This document shows, piece by piece, positions 29,401 through 42,829 of a DNA stretch of 64,000 nt. The DNA comes from the human T2T-CHM13v2.0 reference genome, Homo sapiens: the NCBI RefSeq assembly GCF_009914755.1, contig NC_060929.1. One strand, written 5' to 3'. The position numbers and the translations under genes are program-made. Position 1 is the first letter of the stretch. Each line of letters begins with the position of its first letter. The notes under the pieces were generated by a model. The model was not told where the DNA came from, ran no database searches, and was given only the letters and a program-made list of their open reading frames with translations.

Positions 29401-30730
29401 CTTAACTGGTATTGTTGGCACCAGTTTTTCTCCCAAAAGACATGTAGAGAAAGGTTATCTCTAATAGCTTCAAATAACTTCAGCCAAATTCTGTTGTGCA
29501 CATGAGGAGCACCTACCTCCAGTTTTGAATGGGTCTTTTATAGACATCAAAGCTAAGACACTAAAAGCAATGTGTGTTTGTGGATTCTATAAAGCATTTC
29601 ATAAAGGAAGCTGTAAAAATAAGAACAGTAACTTCTGTAACTAGAACTTTAGAATGGTTTAAAACAAGGTAATTTGTTTTATTTTTTAATATTTATTTTC
29701 AACAAACAGTGGCTGGTGATGTCATATACAAGGAGCTAGTTATACCTTATCGATGCTAGTGAAGTAAAAATACTTGGCCCATGAAATCCCGTCAAAATTT
29801 ATGGTTTTTAAAAAGGGATAATGAAATTTCTATCACGACCTTTTAGAGCTGTTTTAAGTTCAACATTTACATTGATGTTAACCTAAGATTCCATGGAGTT
29901 GTGCCTAGGATTCCAAAGCCCATTTACAAAGATTCAAATACCATCTGTGAAGCTGCTGTAAATTACTCTGTAACATTAATCTTTAAACAAGGCACTAAAT
30001 CAGAGTAGAAACATACCACAGAGATTTAGAGCAAGAGTCATAACTGAATTATTGAGATTAATGTAAATAGCTTCACGTATAAGAATTGCAGGTTCTTAAT
30101 ATCAGACTGTTTTTGCTTTGAATGAAACATAAGATTTCTTCTAAATCTTAAAAATAAATTACTAATTTCTAAATGACACTGACACTTTTTTTTTTCATGC
30201 AAAAAGAAGAGTAAAAATGATCGGTGAATGGAGTTGTTAACCTAAGGGTGCTCCGAGTTAAGAAATATATTAACAAAAATCTGATGATGCAAAATAGACA
30301 CAGTAGGGAGCAATTAACATTACCAAAAGAAACTTCATTTTACAAAAGGGAATCTTTAAACCAAGCCTAGTCTTCTCAAAAGACGTCCGCCAACAGATAC
30401 TTGACTTAAATGAACTCTTTGGGGGAAACAAAGTCCTGTAACAGTCAATTATAGTATCACGTGTCATCACATCCAAGACACCATTGATTATAAGATTCAT
30501 CATTGCTTTTTATATCATTTCAAAAGAAAAACATTGCCAATTAAGCTATGGCATGATGCTTTCTTATCACTTATTGCAAGATGTATTCAAACTTTAGCTA
30601 GTTAAAATTATGTCTTGTAATTAATGAAATAAAATATTTTATGATAAATTGACTTTTCTATCAATATATCAAATGATGAAACTGTTTTTGTGAGAGCAAG
30701 CTAATTTTGAAATATAGTCACTAGGTGATA

Positions 30731-31260
30731 CAGTAATCCTCCCTTATCCCCCAGTGGATGCCTGAAATCATGGATAGTACCAAACCCTACATATACAGTG
30801 TTTTGTTTTATGCATACATACCTATGATAAAGTTTAATTTATAAATCAGGCAGAGTAAGAGATGAACAACAGTAAGTAATAATAAGATAGAACAATTATC
30901 ACAATATGCCATCATCACTACTCTTGCCCTTTGGGGTCATTATTAAGTAAAATAAGGATTATGTGAACACAAACACTATGATACTGCCACAGCTGATACA
31001 ATAACTGAGACAGCTATTAAGTGACTAATGGGAGGTTGGCATATATGGAGTGAATATGCTGGACAAAGGGATGATTAATGTTCCATGAGGGACAGAGTAG
31101 GATAGCGTAAGAGTTCATCATACTACTTAGAATGATGCACAACTTAAAACTTAAGAATTGTTTATTTCTGGAATTTTCCATTTAATATTTTTTGGCCATG
31201 ATTGACTGTAAGTAACTGAACCTGTGGAAAGCAAAACTGCAAATAAGGGGGGAACTACTG
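30731..31260. mobile_element. MER44-type (Tigger7-derived) TcMar MITE
   Basis: TIRs cagtaatcctcccttat / ataaggggggaactactg; TA target duplications at 30729-30730 and 31261-31262. Confidence 0.9.
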
Positions 31261-32289
31261 TATTAAATAAGTTTGCTCTACATAAAGCACTGAAAGAACA
31301 TTAACCGTATATTTTCTACCTTCTCTGAGGATATAAGAGGAAGAACAGTAGCTGGTATAGTGATTTTAGTTTGCTTGACTAATTTATGGACGAATTAATA
31401 CCCCTATCTCTTTCCACTAGGGATTTAAGGCAGACTACAAGAAAATCATAAGCAACAAAGTTATTTCAGAAATGAAAAACAGAAAATCAGAACTGCGGAA
31501 AAGAACAAAAACAAGAGCATTGTAAGAATTTAATTAGATATAAACATAATTTATGCATAACAATCTAGGTTCTGGATATTTATTTTTCACTGCAATTTCA
31601 AAATAAAACATGTTTATCAATGAGATTTTAGGGATTCCTTTGCCTGAAGCTTAGGAACAAATGAGATGACAAATGCAAGGACCTTGCTAATCCCAAAGAA
31701 TTTCTATAAAACAGATTATTACAATCTACTGTTACTTGTTAAAAAGATAGATACCAAATGAAAGTATGATCAAGACAGAAATTAAATACTGGTAAGAATA
31801 ACCCCAAAATATTAGCAGCTCTCCCTTAAAAAGATTAAATTGGTTGTACCAGAAGATAAAATAGGATTAATATGAAGAACTAACAGACTAAGTCTCCGTA
31901 TGCTTACATGTCCTCCTGGTCTGTGGTACCAATGCCAGTAAGCTATCTTAGGATATAGGTAGGTGGATAAGGGGGCTCATGTCAGAGATTACAGGTTCTG
32001 AATGAAATGAACAGTACTGCAAGAAGGCCCTCCACATAGCAGGCCTCAGGCTTTATGTGGTAATTGGTTGATACAGCAAAAATGACTTGGGGCACTGTGC
32101 TAACATTGAGGTCTATTTCAGAATCATAGATTCGAACATCAGTCAAGTGATGGATCAGTTCTAGTGTTTATAATATTGGATCTTCCTATGTGCAATATCC
32201 TACACTTTCTCTTTTCTCTGTATCAGAAACCTGAGATCTAATTGTGGCCTGTATATTAAATTTTTCAAGAAACTGGAAAAATTGACACA

Positions 32290-32800
32290 AGGACGATGGT
32301 GGACATATTCAAAACTCTTCTCTGGGGAAGCATTTCTCTTCAACTCCATATAGTCTTCACTGGGCTGTCAACTATAATACCATGCCCTACCCCCAACCCC
32401 CTCATAGATATGGGTACTGGCTCAGGCTGGCCAATCACAGCCTGCCCTAATATGTGACCTCTTTGGCTTCAGTGATAATTAGATGCTAGGGCAGAGAGAA
32501 GGCTGTTTCTCTAGGATTATGCTGAATAGAAGTTGCTGCGACTGCCTGTAGGTACTCTGCCTGTTTGTTTGAAAAAGCCCTTTCTGTGAGAAAGAAAGAA
32601 TGAGGCCAACAGGCAAAGAAAAGTACAAAGAGAGATGGAAGGAGTTTGGATGACAGAGTTTGAGTCCCAGGATCTACTGATCCCAGAAGTAGATCTACAT
32701 CTGGGGTTTTCAGTTTACATGAATCAATACTTTTTCTTTTTTGGTAAGAAGCTTGAATTGGGGTTACGTAACTTAAAATGAAGAGTCTGTACTAGAGTAC
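32290..32800 (+). mobile_element. Old ERVL solo LTR (LTR16-like)
   Basis: ctcaggctggccaatcacag...gaatgaggccaacag...gtttgagtcccaggatc...ttcagtttacatgaatcaata. Confidence 0.6.
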
Positions 32801-35800
32801 AGTAACTGAAATGAGTAGATTATATTCAGCTTCTTTTTCAGTGCTCTAAAACATGAGCTTGATATTCATGTATTCATGTTTGAATTCATGTCTACATATT
32901 TGAATATGTAAAATTACTATACAGTAAATTATAATAGTGGCATTTTAAAATGCTAATATGTGTTTAAGGGCAAGAAGTTTCTAGATTATCCATGTAAATG
33001 CTGTAGATCACTAAAAGTGGTAGGCAATCCAAAGTTATTCATATTCAGTTTTCTAATACTTTATAATAATGATGGAAGGAGGGGTAGTGGGAGAGAGGGA
33101 GTTTATTCTCCTGATTATGTTTTTCCTGGCATAATTAAAAGTAGTTTGCATTTGCTGAGAAGATACTAGTTTGGTAGTGGGAAAAAGTGGCATAGAAAAT
33201 ATACCGGGAAACAAGGAAAAGCTAGTCTAAGATTATGGTTTTTTTGTGGATAATTTCCCAAATAAACAATGTATTCATAAACAACTGAAAACTAGGTATA
33301 GCTATCTCTCTTGGGTAAGAGAGCAGAAGCATTGGACAATAACAGGGTTAGTACATGCTTTTACAGAAGACAATGTGAAAATTCATTCTGGAAAAGCATT
33401 TACTAACCCTTTTAAAATATAATATTTAAACTACAACATGTAAACCATTTTAAGAGCTGGTTGGAAAACAACTCATCTGGCATTATGATTTGGATGAGCT
33501 ATATTCTACCTGAAGTTGAGTTACAAATAACTCAAAAACCCTCAGTGTTCTCAGAATAATTACTTAACTTCCATTTTCTAAATATTCTTATTAAATTCCA
33601 ACATATTTAACTTTTAGGAACCTTAAGCTATGAGGGTATATACCTTCTGGCTCTTCTCTGTAGATGGTAAGGGTCTGAAAAGGCAATTGCCCAGTGGAAT
33701 GCACTAAACATGAGTCCACTACCTTGAGCAGACCTCTCAAAATTATTCACCTAACATGTTTCATTATATACACTTTGGGGATTATCAGAAGTAAGAAATA
33801 TTCTTAAGAAATAGATCTATCAGTGCTGGGTTCTAATAGATTTTTGGCCTATCTGCAAAAAAATTCACCTGCTGAAACAATTTATGCTAAAAAGTGTCAC
33901 TTGTATTTAAAAACAAAGTATGGTGTCAGGACTCATGTGTTTATTCATAGCCACTGACACCAGTGAGTCTGCATGACTTGGGGGAAAAATGAATCTTTTC
34001 AGAATTCTGCAGTTTTATATGGACTCATTTTAGAAACTGGACTCTCATTTTAGAAAGTTTTATAAGGATCAATATATACATTAAGGATTTCAGTATTCAC
34101 AGATGGAAGCAACAGCGGACTTAATAATTACTAAAGATATATATATACGGTTTTCTCATTTCACAAAAAAGTATAATTAAGAACTGCATTGTTCTTTATG
34201 CCTAAATAGTTTTCAATAATTCTTACAAAGGTGGTTGGTTTTTTTTTGTTGTTGTTTTCAGAATGATTCTGACCAGGAGTATATCAATCATTTTAATTTC
34301 ATATGAGAATAAAATGCAGAAGAATTATCTTAAGTCAATTGTTTGATATAAAAATGTATTGATATCTATTTCATCTCCAGTATCGTGCTAGGCATTCTCT
34401 CATATAATGAGCTGTGAACAGAACAGTTTGACTGTGTTCCATGATAATCAACAGAGTTTCTAATCAGATACATGTTTTTGCAAATGAAGGCAAGAAGGCT
34501 TTTACTTAAGAGATTGTCTTGTGTCTGGTGGTTTCTTCAATTTCCAACACTTTTCAGTAGTTTATTTATGAGATTATAATAAACTTAAAGAAACTGATTA
34601 ACAGTTTTTTTTAAAATCAAAAGCCTGATGGAGACAATTGACTCTTGATAAGAACAGGCCAGTGGATCTGCTAAACCATTAATTTCTCTGGACTTGCTGA
34701 TCCATGGTGCCAAGGCAAACCATCGAGAAGCTTTACACCAGTACTAAATTACATTAGTTCCTGGAAGAAAGGCCGTTAGAACCTTAGAACTTAGTATTAT
34801 GACTTAGGCTATTTGACATAAGTCAATATAAAAACCAGTCACAGGAAGAATTATTTTTTGTCTTGAATGACAACAACAACATCATTAACAAACGTACTAC
34901 AATTAAATAAATGATCTATTGTGTTGTTCAATGTCTTTTTGAAAGACTGATATATTAATCTTTAATGTTAAGAAAATATTTCTTCTCATGCATTTTGGAA
35001 GGCTCAAGTAATTATATACTGAGAACTATATAACTTTTTGGCTATGGCTGTATTTTTACCACTACATTTAACTCTTTATTGCAGTAACAAATTACAGTCC
35101 AGATTTTCAGTCAAAATAAACTCCCTTCACTTTTCCTCCCCTTCCTGACTTTTGGTCATGTCTCTCTTGCTCTCTGTCTGTCTTTCTCTCTCTCCTCACC
35201 TCGCTCCACTCCTAGTTATCCTTTACGTTGTTCCCCGTTCTTAAGAATGTTTCCATATATTTCCACTGAGTTCTTTGCTCCTTTCTTTGTGTTGTTCCTC
35301 TGCCCATTCCTCTAACACTGGCCGCTTGGTGATGTAATCCTTGATTTTCTCACTTCTTTCCTCTCTCAAGCTTATGTGCTTCTTGTCTAATTCTGAATCT
35401 TTAGTGCCTAGCCCTTAACAGGTGCTAATTAGATATTTGGTCACTGAGGATGAAGTATAGAGGTACAATGTTACTGCTTACATGAATATGAAGATGCAGA
35501 GCCTGGCGGAAAATCAGGAGTTGGTTTGGGACCACAGCAAGGATGTCTGGGAAATGGCCAAACATTGCTATGGTGAGTATCATCATTTTGCTTGTTGTGT
35601 CCTGGAGTATTACATATGGTCTACATAGCCCATATTTCAAATAATATACTTAAAATATGTATACTGATATGTGTATGTACGTTTTTAGGAGAACAACATA
35701 AATGAGAAATCAAACAATTGCTTATAGTTTTAAAAGTTAATAATATTTGCAGGAAAATTAGCAATATAAAATGTCTAGTTAGATAATGTAATAAAATGAA

Positions 35801-37202
35801 TATGCATATCTGTAATTAGGATAGGTAGTTTTATGGTGAGTCTTAGAATGCACATGAGAGTAAACATGCTAAAGATTTATAAGATGTTCCACTGAATACA
35901 TGGAATCGTTGTTGTCCTCATTAAAACAATAATTAAAAAATCTACACTTACATTTTAGTAGAAAGTGGTATTTCATTTATATATGGTTTTATTTCAACTG
36001 TAGTATCACTGGATCAACTGTGAGAAAATATTTAAATCTCGCAAATTCAAGCACCTTCTGTTTCTTAAATGTTCACATGGTGTATATATGTGCACAGAGA
36101 ATGTTCACTAAATAAATTGTTTACTGACTAATGCAAGAAACTCAGTTTAAAAATAAAAATGATACAATTTTTTATGGAGCATGCCATTTCTGGAAACTCA
36201 AATAAAAAGGATAAAGATGCTTTCACTTCTCATTTAAAGTGTTACATTTTTGTTAGTATTTTACTTAAAATTTCTTGGCCCAGAAGACAAAAATTTATGG
36301 CTGCAGATTAACTACTTTAATGATGTGACACAGAAGCAGCAAAACGTTCTTTTTTCCCTATGGTGTTGGAGTGATTGGCTTTTCAGGGGAGTAAAGAATA
36401 ACACACTAAATCCCTGTATGGGGAGTCTTTTTTTTCCCCCATCTCTTCTCTTTGGTTTAAATGTCAAAGGTAATACATATTTAGCAAGCAGACTGGTGCC
36501 AAAAAAAAATGTTTGAAATGAGGTGATCATTTATAATATCTGTATTATTTAATGGTTGATTATTACAGAAATATTTACAGTAAATATATGTAAAAAACTT
36601 AAGAGTCTACTTGGATTTAGCAATATTATTAAAACTGTTTAAGAAAACAGTCACTGTCTAAACTTGTTCTCTTCTGTTTTAGCTCTGCTTTTCATAAACA
36701 CAATGACAAATTAAAGGCAAGTCACCTGACTGTTCAGTACATTAGCTTGATAAACTTAGTGGCTGACAATTCTTAGCGAAAAGTGACACAGCTTTCTTAA
36801 TAAGTTCACATATCAACTTTTCTGGGGAAATTTAAGAATCATATCTCTATCAAAATATAAAAATTTTCTTCCTAAGTGAGACTCTCATTTTACTGATGAG
36901 AGTTCAATTGTCCTGCTCCGAAAATACAGATAAATAAGAAGTTACTGTAATTCTTCAGCCCAGAAGGTTATTGGTTGGGAGAGAAGAAATTTTATTTTTT
37001 GTAAAATTTTCCTGAGAAGATAACCCTAGAATGGTGGTATTATTTGAATGCAGATCTGGGACTATTTGACTCTGTGGCTAATACTCTTTCCTTTCCATCA
37101 TACCACCTTATTTAACTCCTTTGTAGGAAACAACAAAGTCTCTCTGCCTTTCCAAACCTATCCCTGATCACCTATTTTTTCCTCTACAGTAGGGGTAGTA
37201 GG

Positions 37203-37610
37203 TGTTATTGGGTGAATTGTGTCCCCCACCAAATTTATGTGTTGAAGTCCCAAGCTCCAGTATCTTAGAATGTGACTGTATTTGGAGATAGGATCTTTAC
37301 TGAGGTAATTAGGTTAAAATGAGGTCATTAGGGTAGGTCCTAATGCAATATCACTCACAAAAAGAGGAAATAGGGACACATACATATACAGAAGGAAGAC
37401 AATGTAAAGATACAGCGAGAATACAGCCATTTACAAGCCAAGGAAAAAAACCTGGGCCAGATCCTTCCCTCAAAACCCTCACAAGGAACCAACCCTGCCC
37501 ACAAACTCATCTCAGACTTTTAGCCTCCAGAACTGCATGAAAATAAATTTCTGTTGTTCAAGCCACCCAATCTGTGGTACTTTGTTTGGCAGTCCTAGAA
37601 AACTAACAGC
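37203..37610 (+). mobile_element. MaLR solo LTR (MLT1B-like)
   Basis: tgttattgggtgaattgtgtcccc...agaatgtgactgtatttggagatagg...aataaatttctgttgttcaagccaccc...aactaaca. Confidence 0.9.
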
Positions 37611-38899
37611 GTGGCATGCTGAAACAAATTCTCTTTCAATTAAAAAGGTATATGTTAAGATTTTCCACTACTCAATCAATAATACTCAAACTTTTAAAGC
37701 AGATCTAGGAACATTATCATCCATTCTAAAATAATGAATCAACCCATTGCATCTTATACACTGTCCTGGCCACTCAACCTAGTCCTAGAAGATGGTCTAC
37801 ATTACACATCCTGAAAGGAAAAGGAAGACTACTTGTTAAGCAATACAGTTATTCCTTTGAAGAAGAAATGACATTCAGGCTGCACAGTTTTAAAAAAGAA
37901 TATTGATTTTTAAATGCAGTGAAATCTCAGGAAGGCCCCATCGTTTCCTTTTCCAACCACAGTCTTTGGCAATAGAAGAGCTGATAGCAGAAAGTGAAGC
38001 TAGTTTGTATTTTGTCATTTTGTTGGAAGCTGCAGGAAGAAAACCTAAGTCCAAGGTTCAAGACCGAAGTAGCTAATTCTGCCTCATAGCTATGCTCCTA
38101 GCTGGAAAGTGAGGTGGCACAGTGGCAGCTTAACAGACTGTTTTCTAGAGGTAGCCCCTTCGATAAACCATGTAGCCTCTCCCAAAGCTTCCTGTCATGT
38201 TTCTGTTCACTGGTGTCGCCATGATCATGCTAATGACTTGTTTTAAGGATTTCACTGGGTATTGGGGTGGATTCAGTTCATGACAGTTCATCTTTCATCT
38301 GGCTGGGGATGTAATCACAGGAACTGACCTTGCCTTCCAACTTAGAAATCCATAGAGCTCATTTATATTCATTTGGTTTCTTCAAAAATGACAAGCAAAG
38401 AAGATTCTACTGTGTTAAAATCAGGATTTTGATATTTTCAAATGCTTTTTAAAATTGAAAAGTGAACATTCAGAAACATGAAAATGATTTGGGCTTACAT
38501 TATGTTCTAAATATGGGTTAACTACAGAGGTATATAAACACACTAATTGTAATTGTAAATTACCATGTTGTGCAGAAAAACAGACATATGGCAGGTGTCT
38601 TCACTCACTGTGCTACACTGAAGCTCTTTAACATTAATGGGCCTCTGATTAAAAAAAAAAAAACCCAAACCTTAATTTTTAGCAATGTTTTTCTCATGTA
38701 TATGGCTCCGTACTCCCCCATTTAGATAATTGCCTTTCTTTTACAGAAACTAAAAATGTGACTAAAAATGAATAGGTCACATTTACTCTTTTAAATATGG
38801 CTTTGTAAAGAGAAATTACTACTTTAGAAACAAAGAAGACTAGGAGAATGTGTATCTTTTGGAACTCTAGATCTCCTAGAGCCTTCCTTTAAAAATATT

Positions 38900-39770
<871 letters not shown>

Positions 39771-40489
39771 CTTTACCTTCGAAATTTCCTTAACTATCTT
39801 CCTAAGTTTTATTCTTTCAGTTTAGAATCACTTTGTCAAGGACATTTCCACTAGGTTTAATTGCAATGGTTTTGTAGTTTTCACTTTAAAAACACAGTTT
39901 GACATAAATAACACCATTTTGCATTCTGAAAAGAATTAATCTTGAATAGATTTTGCCAAGAAAACCAATACTGTTTAGTAGGCAAGACTATTTCTAGAAG
40001 AAAGGCATAAACAAAAGTGGCTATTCTGAAAAACAAATCCCCATGAGACAGACTTGGTATAATAAACAAGGATATACAGTATATCTCTTTCAAAAAAATT
40101 AAATTATCGAAACAGATGCTAATTCAAGAAAAAGATCATGCTTTGAAATAAGGGCAGGTATCCAAACACCTCATGATTTCTTAGAGAATAAGAAAACTTC
40201 TAGGAAAAAGAGAAATTGTTCCTTATGATAAGATTTTAATTAAAGTGCCAAGGATTGATAAAAGTGTAAGAACAAGAAAGGCAATAATCAATACATTATT
40301 TAGTCTGAACTTACAAGACTTATGTAAAATGCAACTCAGGGCCTTCATATGACACTGAGCTGGTGATATCTAGAAAATATAGATTCAAAGAAAACCAGAA
40401 ATTACCTATTATATAGGTACTGTCAAAAGAAATCATTTGAAAAAGTGGCAAAAGGGAAGGTGCTTCTTAAATTCTGAAACTGTAGATCT

Positions 40490-40625
40490 AAAGAAGAGCC
40501 ACGGTCCTCTTTGAATATGTGATGAAGGCTATGAACCATCTTTAAAGAAAATGCACATATGTACAAAAACATTATTCTGCTTATACTCTAAAGGGGCTCA
40601 GCATCTTCAGATTAAAAATACTTGC
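40490..40625. mobile_element. hAT-Charlie-type MITE fragment (same family as 10858-11030)
   Basis: cctctttgaatatgtgatgaaggctatgaaccatct...aaaatgcacatatg. Confidence 0.45.
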
Positions 40626-40867
40626 CTTGTCTATAGGAAATACAAGATAACCAAAATGTTTGATAATGAAACATTTTCAGAATGACAGTGAAGATCTATT
40701 GGAGTCGGGAGTTGAAATTTATTTTTAAAATTAAGGCAGGGGAAAATCTGGGCAAATATGAAGACTTTGGAGTGTTTGACATCTGCCTTTACTAATTATG
40801 CCACTGAAATTATTACTAAAGGTATCAATGGCATCTTAGTTATTGAAATGATATGGCTTAGTAGATT

Positions 40868-41120
40868 TCTTTTTCTTTTGCTTTTTTTTTTTGAGACAGA
40901 GTCTCACTTTGTTGCCCAGGCTGCGATTCTACTGCCTCAGCCTCCTGAGTAGCTGGGATTAAGGTGCACACCACCATGCCCGGCTAATTTTTGTACTTTT
41001 AGTAGAGACGGGGTTTCACCATGTTGGCCAGGCTGGTCTCGAACTCCTGACCTCAAGTGATCTGTCCACCTCGGCCTCCCAAAGTGCTGGAATTACAGGC
41101 ATGAGCCACCGCACCTGGCC
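40868..41120 (-). mobile_element. AluSz/Sx-like with ~50-bp internal deletion in the right monomer
   Basis: gttgcccaggctg joined directly to cgattctactgcctcagcc at ~40923. Confidence 0.95.
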
Positions 41121-42829
41121 AATGTATCTTGGTTGATTTCTTATGTTACTTGATCTCTGTAACATTTAACATTGTTAACTACTTAACAATATAGTCTTGG
41201 TTTTCTCCCAACTCTAAGGGTAGTTATTCTTCTGTTTAAGGGATCTTCTGATTAAAGTTTCTACATATCATCTTAAATCTCTGAAAAATCTGAAATCACT
41301 TCAGTATGAAGTTTTCCCTAAGGTCCAGCCTTTTCTCTTTTCACAGCAAGTCAAGAGATCTAGTGATAGAAAATCTTTTAAATTATGTGAAGCTGATTAG
41401 TGACACATAGAGGCTTTGCCTAAGCAGAGGTGGGGCAGCTGTGTCAATGATGCAGCTATGCGGGGGCTGAGATGGACTCTAGGAGCTGTTCCCTGAGATT
41501 GAGAGCTCATCACAATTTCTCCACATCTGTAGAGGCTGCAGAAGAACTGAAGGAGCAGCTGAGGTCAGTGCCTCTTTACAGCTCTTATGTTCACAACACA
41601 ATCAGAGTTGTTTATTCTGGCATTCAACATGGTCTGACTCTGCTGAAACATCTCCTTTCTAAGGCTTTCCAGAAGGGCTGTCTAGGAAAAGGAGGAAATG
41701 GAGTTGGTGCTGTGTGACTTTTAATGGGATAATCCAACAGCAAGTGATTAGTCACCTATAGAATCTAAAGCTAAGCAATTAGGATTTGGCTTTATTTTCA
41801 CTAACTTATGTGGATCCTCAGTGCTCTACCTTTAGACACTGACAAGAAGAAAAAGCATACATTTGTTAAGCTGGGTCCCTGTAGCTTGTGTGGAGGAAAT
41901 GGTCTCACTGTGATGTTGTAAGCTGGGATCAGAGACCCAGGCACTAATTCAGATTCTTCTGCTTGATGATGTTGTGGATTCACTGTAGTGAGTTTGGTCC
42001 AAGAACCAGAAGAAGCTTAATATCTCCAAACATTCTCTTAAATGGAAGCATTAAGAGCAGACATTAAGTTTTTCTTGAGCACTGATGTAGCCCTAAGGAT
42101 AAAAAAGCTGTAGTGTGGAATTTATTTCCACACTTTTTATCCAGTGCCGTATTTTGGGCATTGTCATCAAGGACGCTGGACCATGGGAAGCTGTGCTGAT
42201 ATATACGGTTCATTTACACTTGCTTTGTGGCCATCATATTTCCAATGTGATTCTATATTCTTGAGTAAATAAACTGGGAACTCAAGCTAATCTTATACAA
42301 GTGTATATGTGTAATCTTGATACACCTCCATTGTCCACCTGAAACAATACAGCTTATAGGTGTGTTCTGAAAACTAAAGTTGTTACAATTTGTTTATAAT
42401 TAAGTAATCTTTTTAAAGAGTTAGAAGAATGTAAGTGCAGCATTAATATTTACTTGACTTTTGTTTTTAAAGTACTTCACCAAAAGTTCATTCCTGAAAG
42501 CTGAGCTACATCTGGGCTACTTCATGTTGTGGACTATGGAAGATCTGGTTTAAAACTTATTTTCATCACCCCGGGTGAGTCATTTACTCTTACACAAAGA
42601 TGTCATGAGAATGAGATCCCTCAAAACAGAAAAATAACCACCCTTAGAGTCGGAGGAAAAAAAAAGTTTAGGTCTCTTAGGTGTGGGTGCAATGGTGATG
42701 GTAGTACTGGGGAAGGAAGTAGTGGTACTGGTAGTTAGCATAATCTTATGAAATAGTCATAGGATTTCATATTTCCCTTAAGCATTTTTCATTTATTCCA
42801 GAGAAACTGTCAAAAACCCATACCCTCGC

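Noticed and set aside
34021-34057. Direct repeat ggactc(tc)attttagaaa x2; similar duplication ttgccccaactttttt at ~57209-57243
   Set aside because: Two-copy local slippage duplications; not an array
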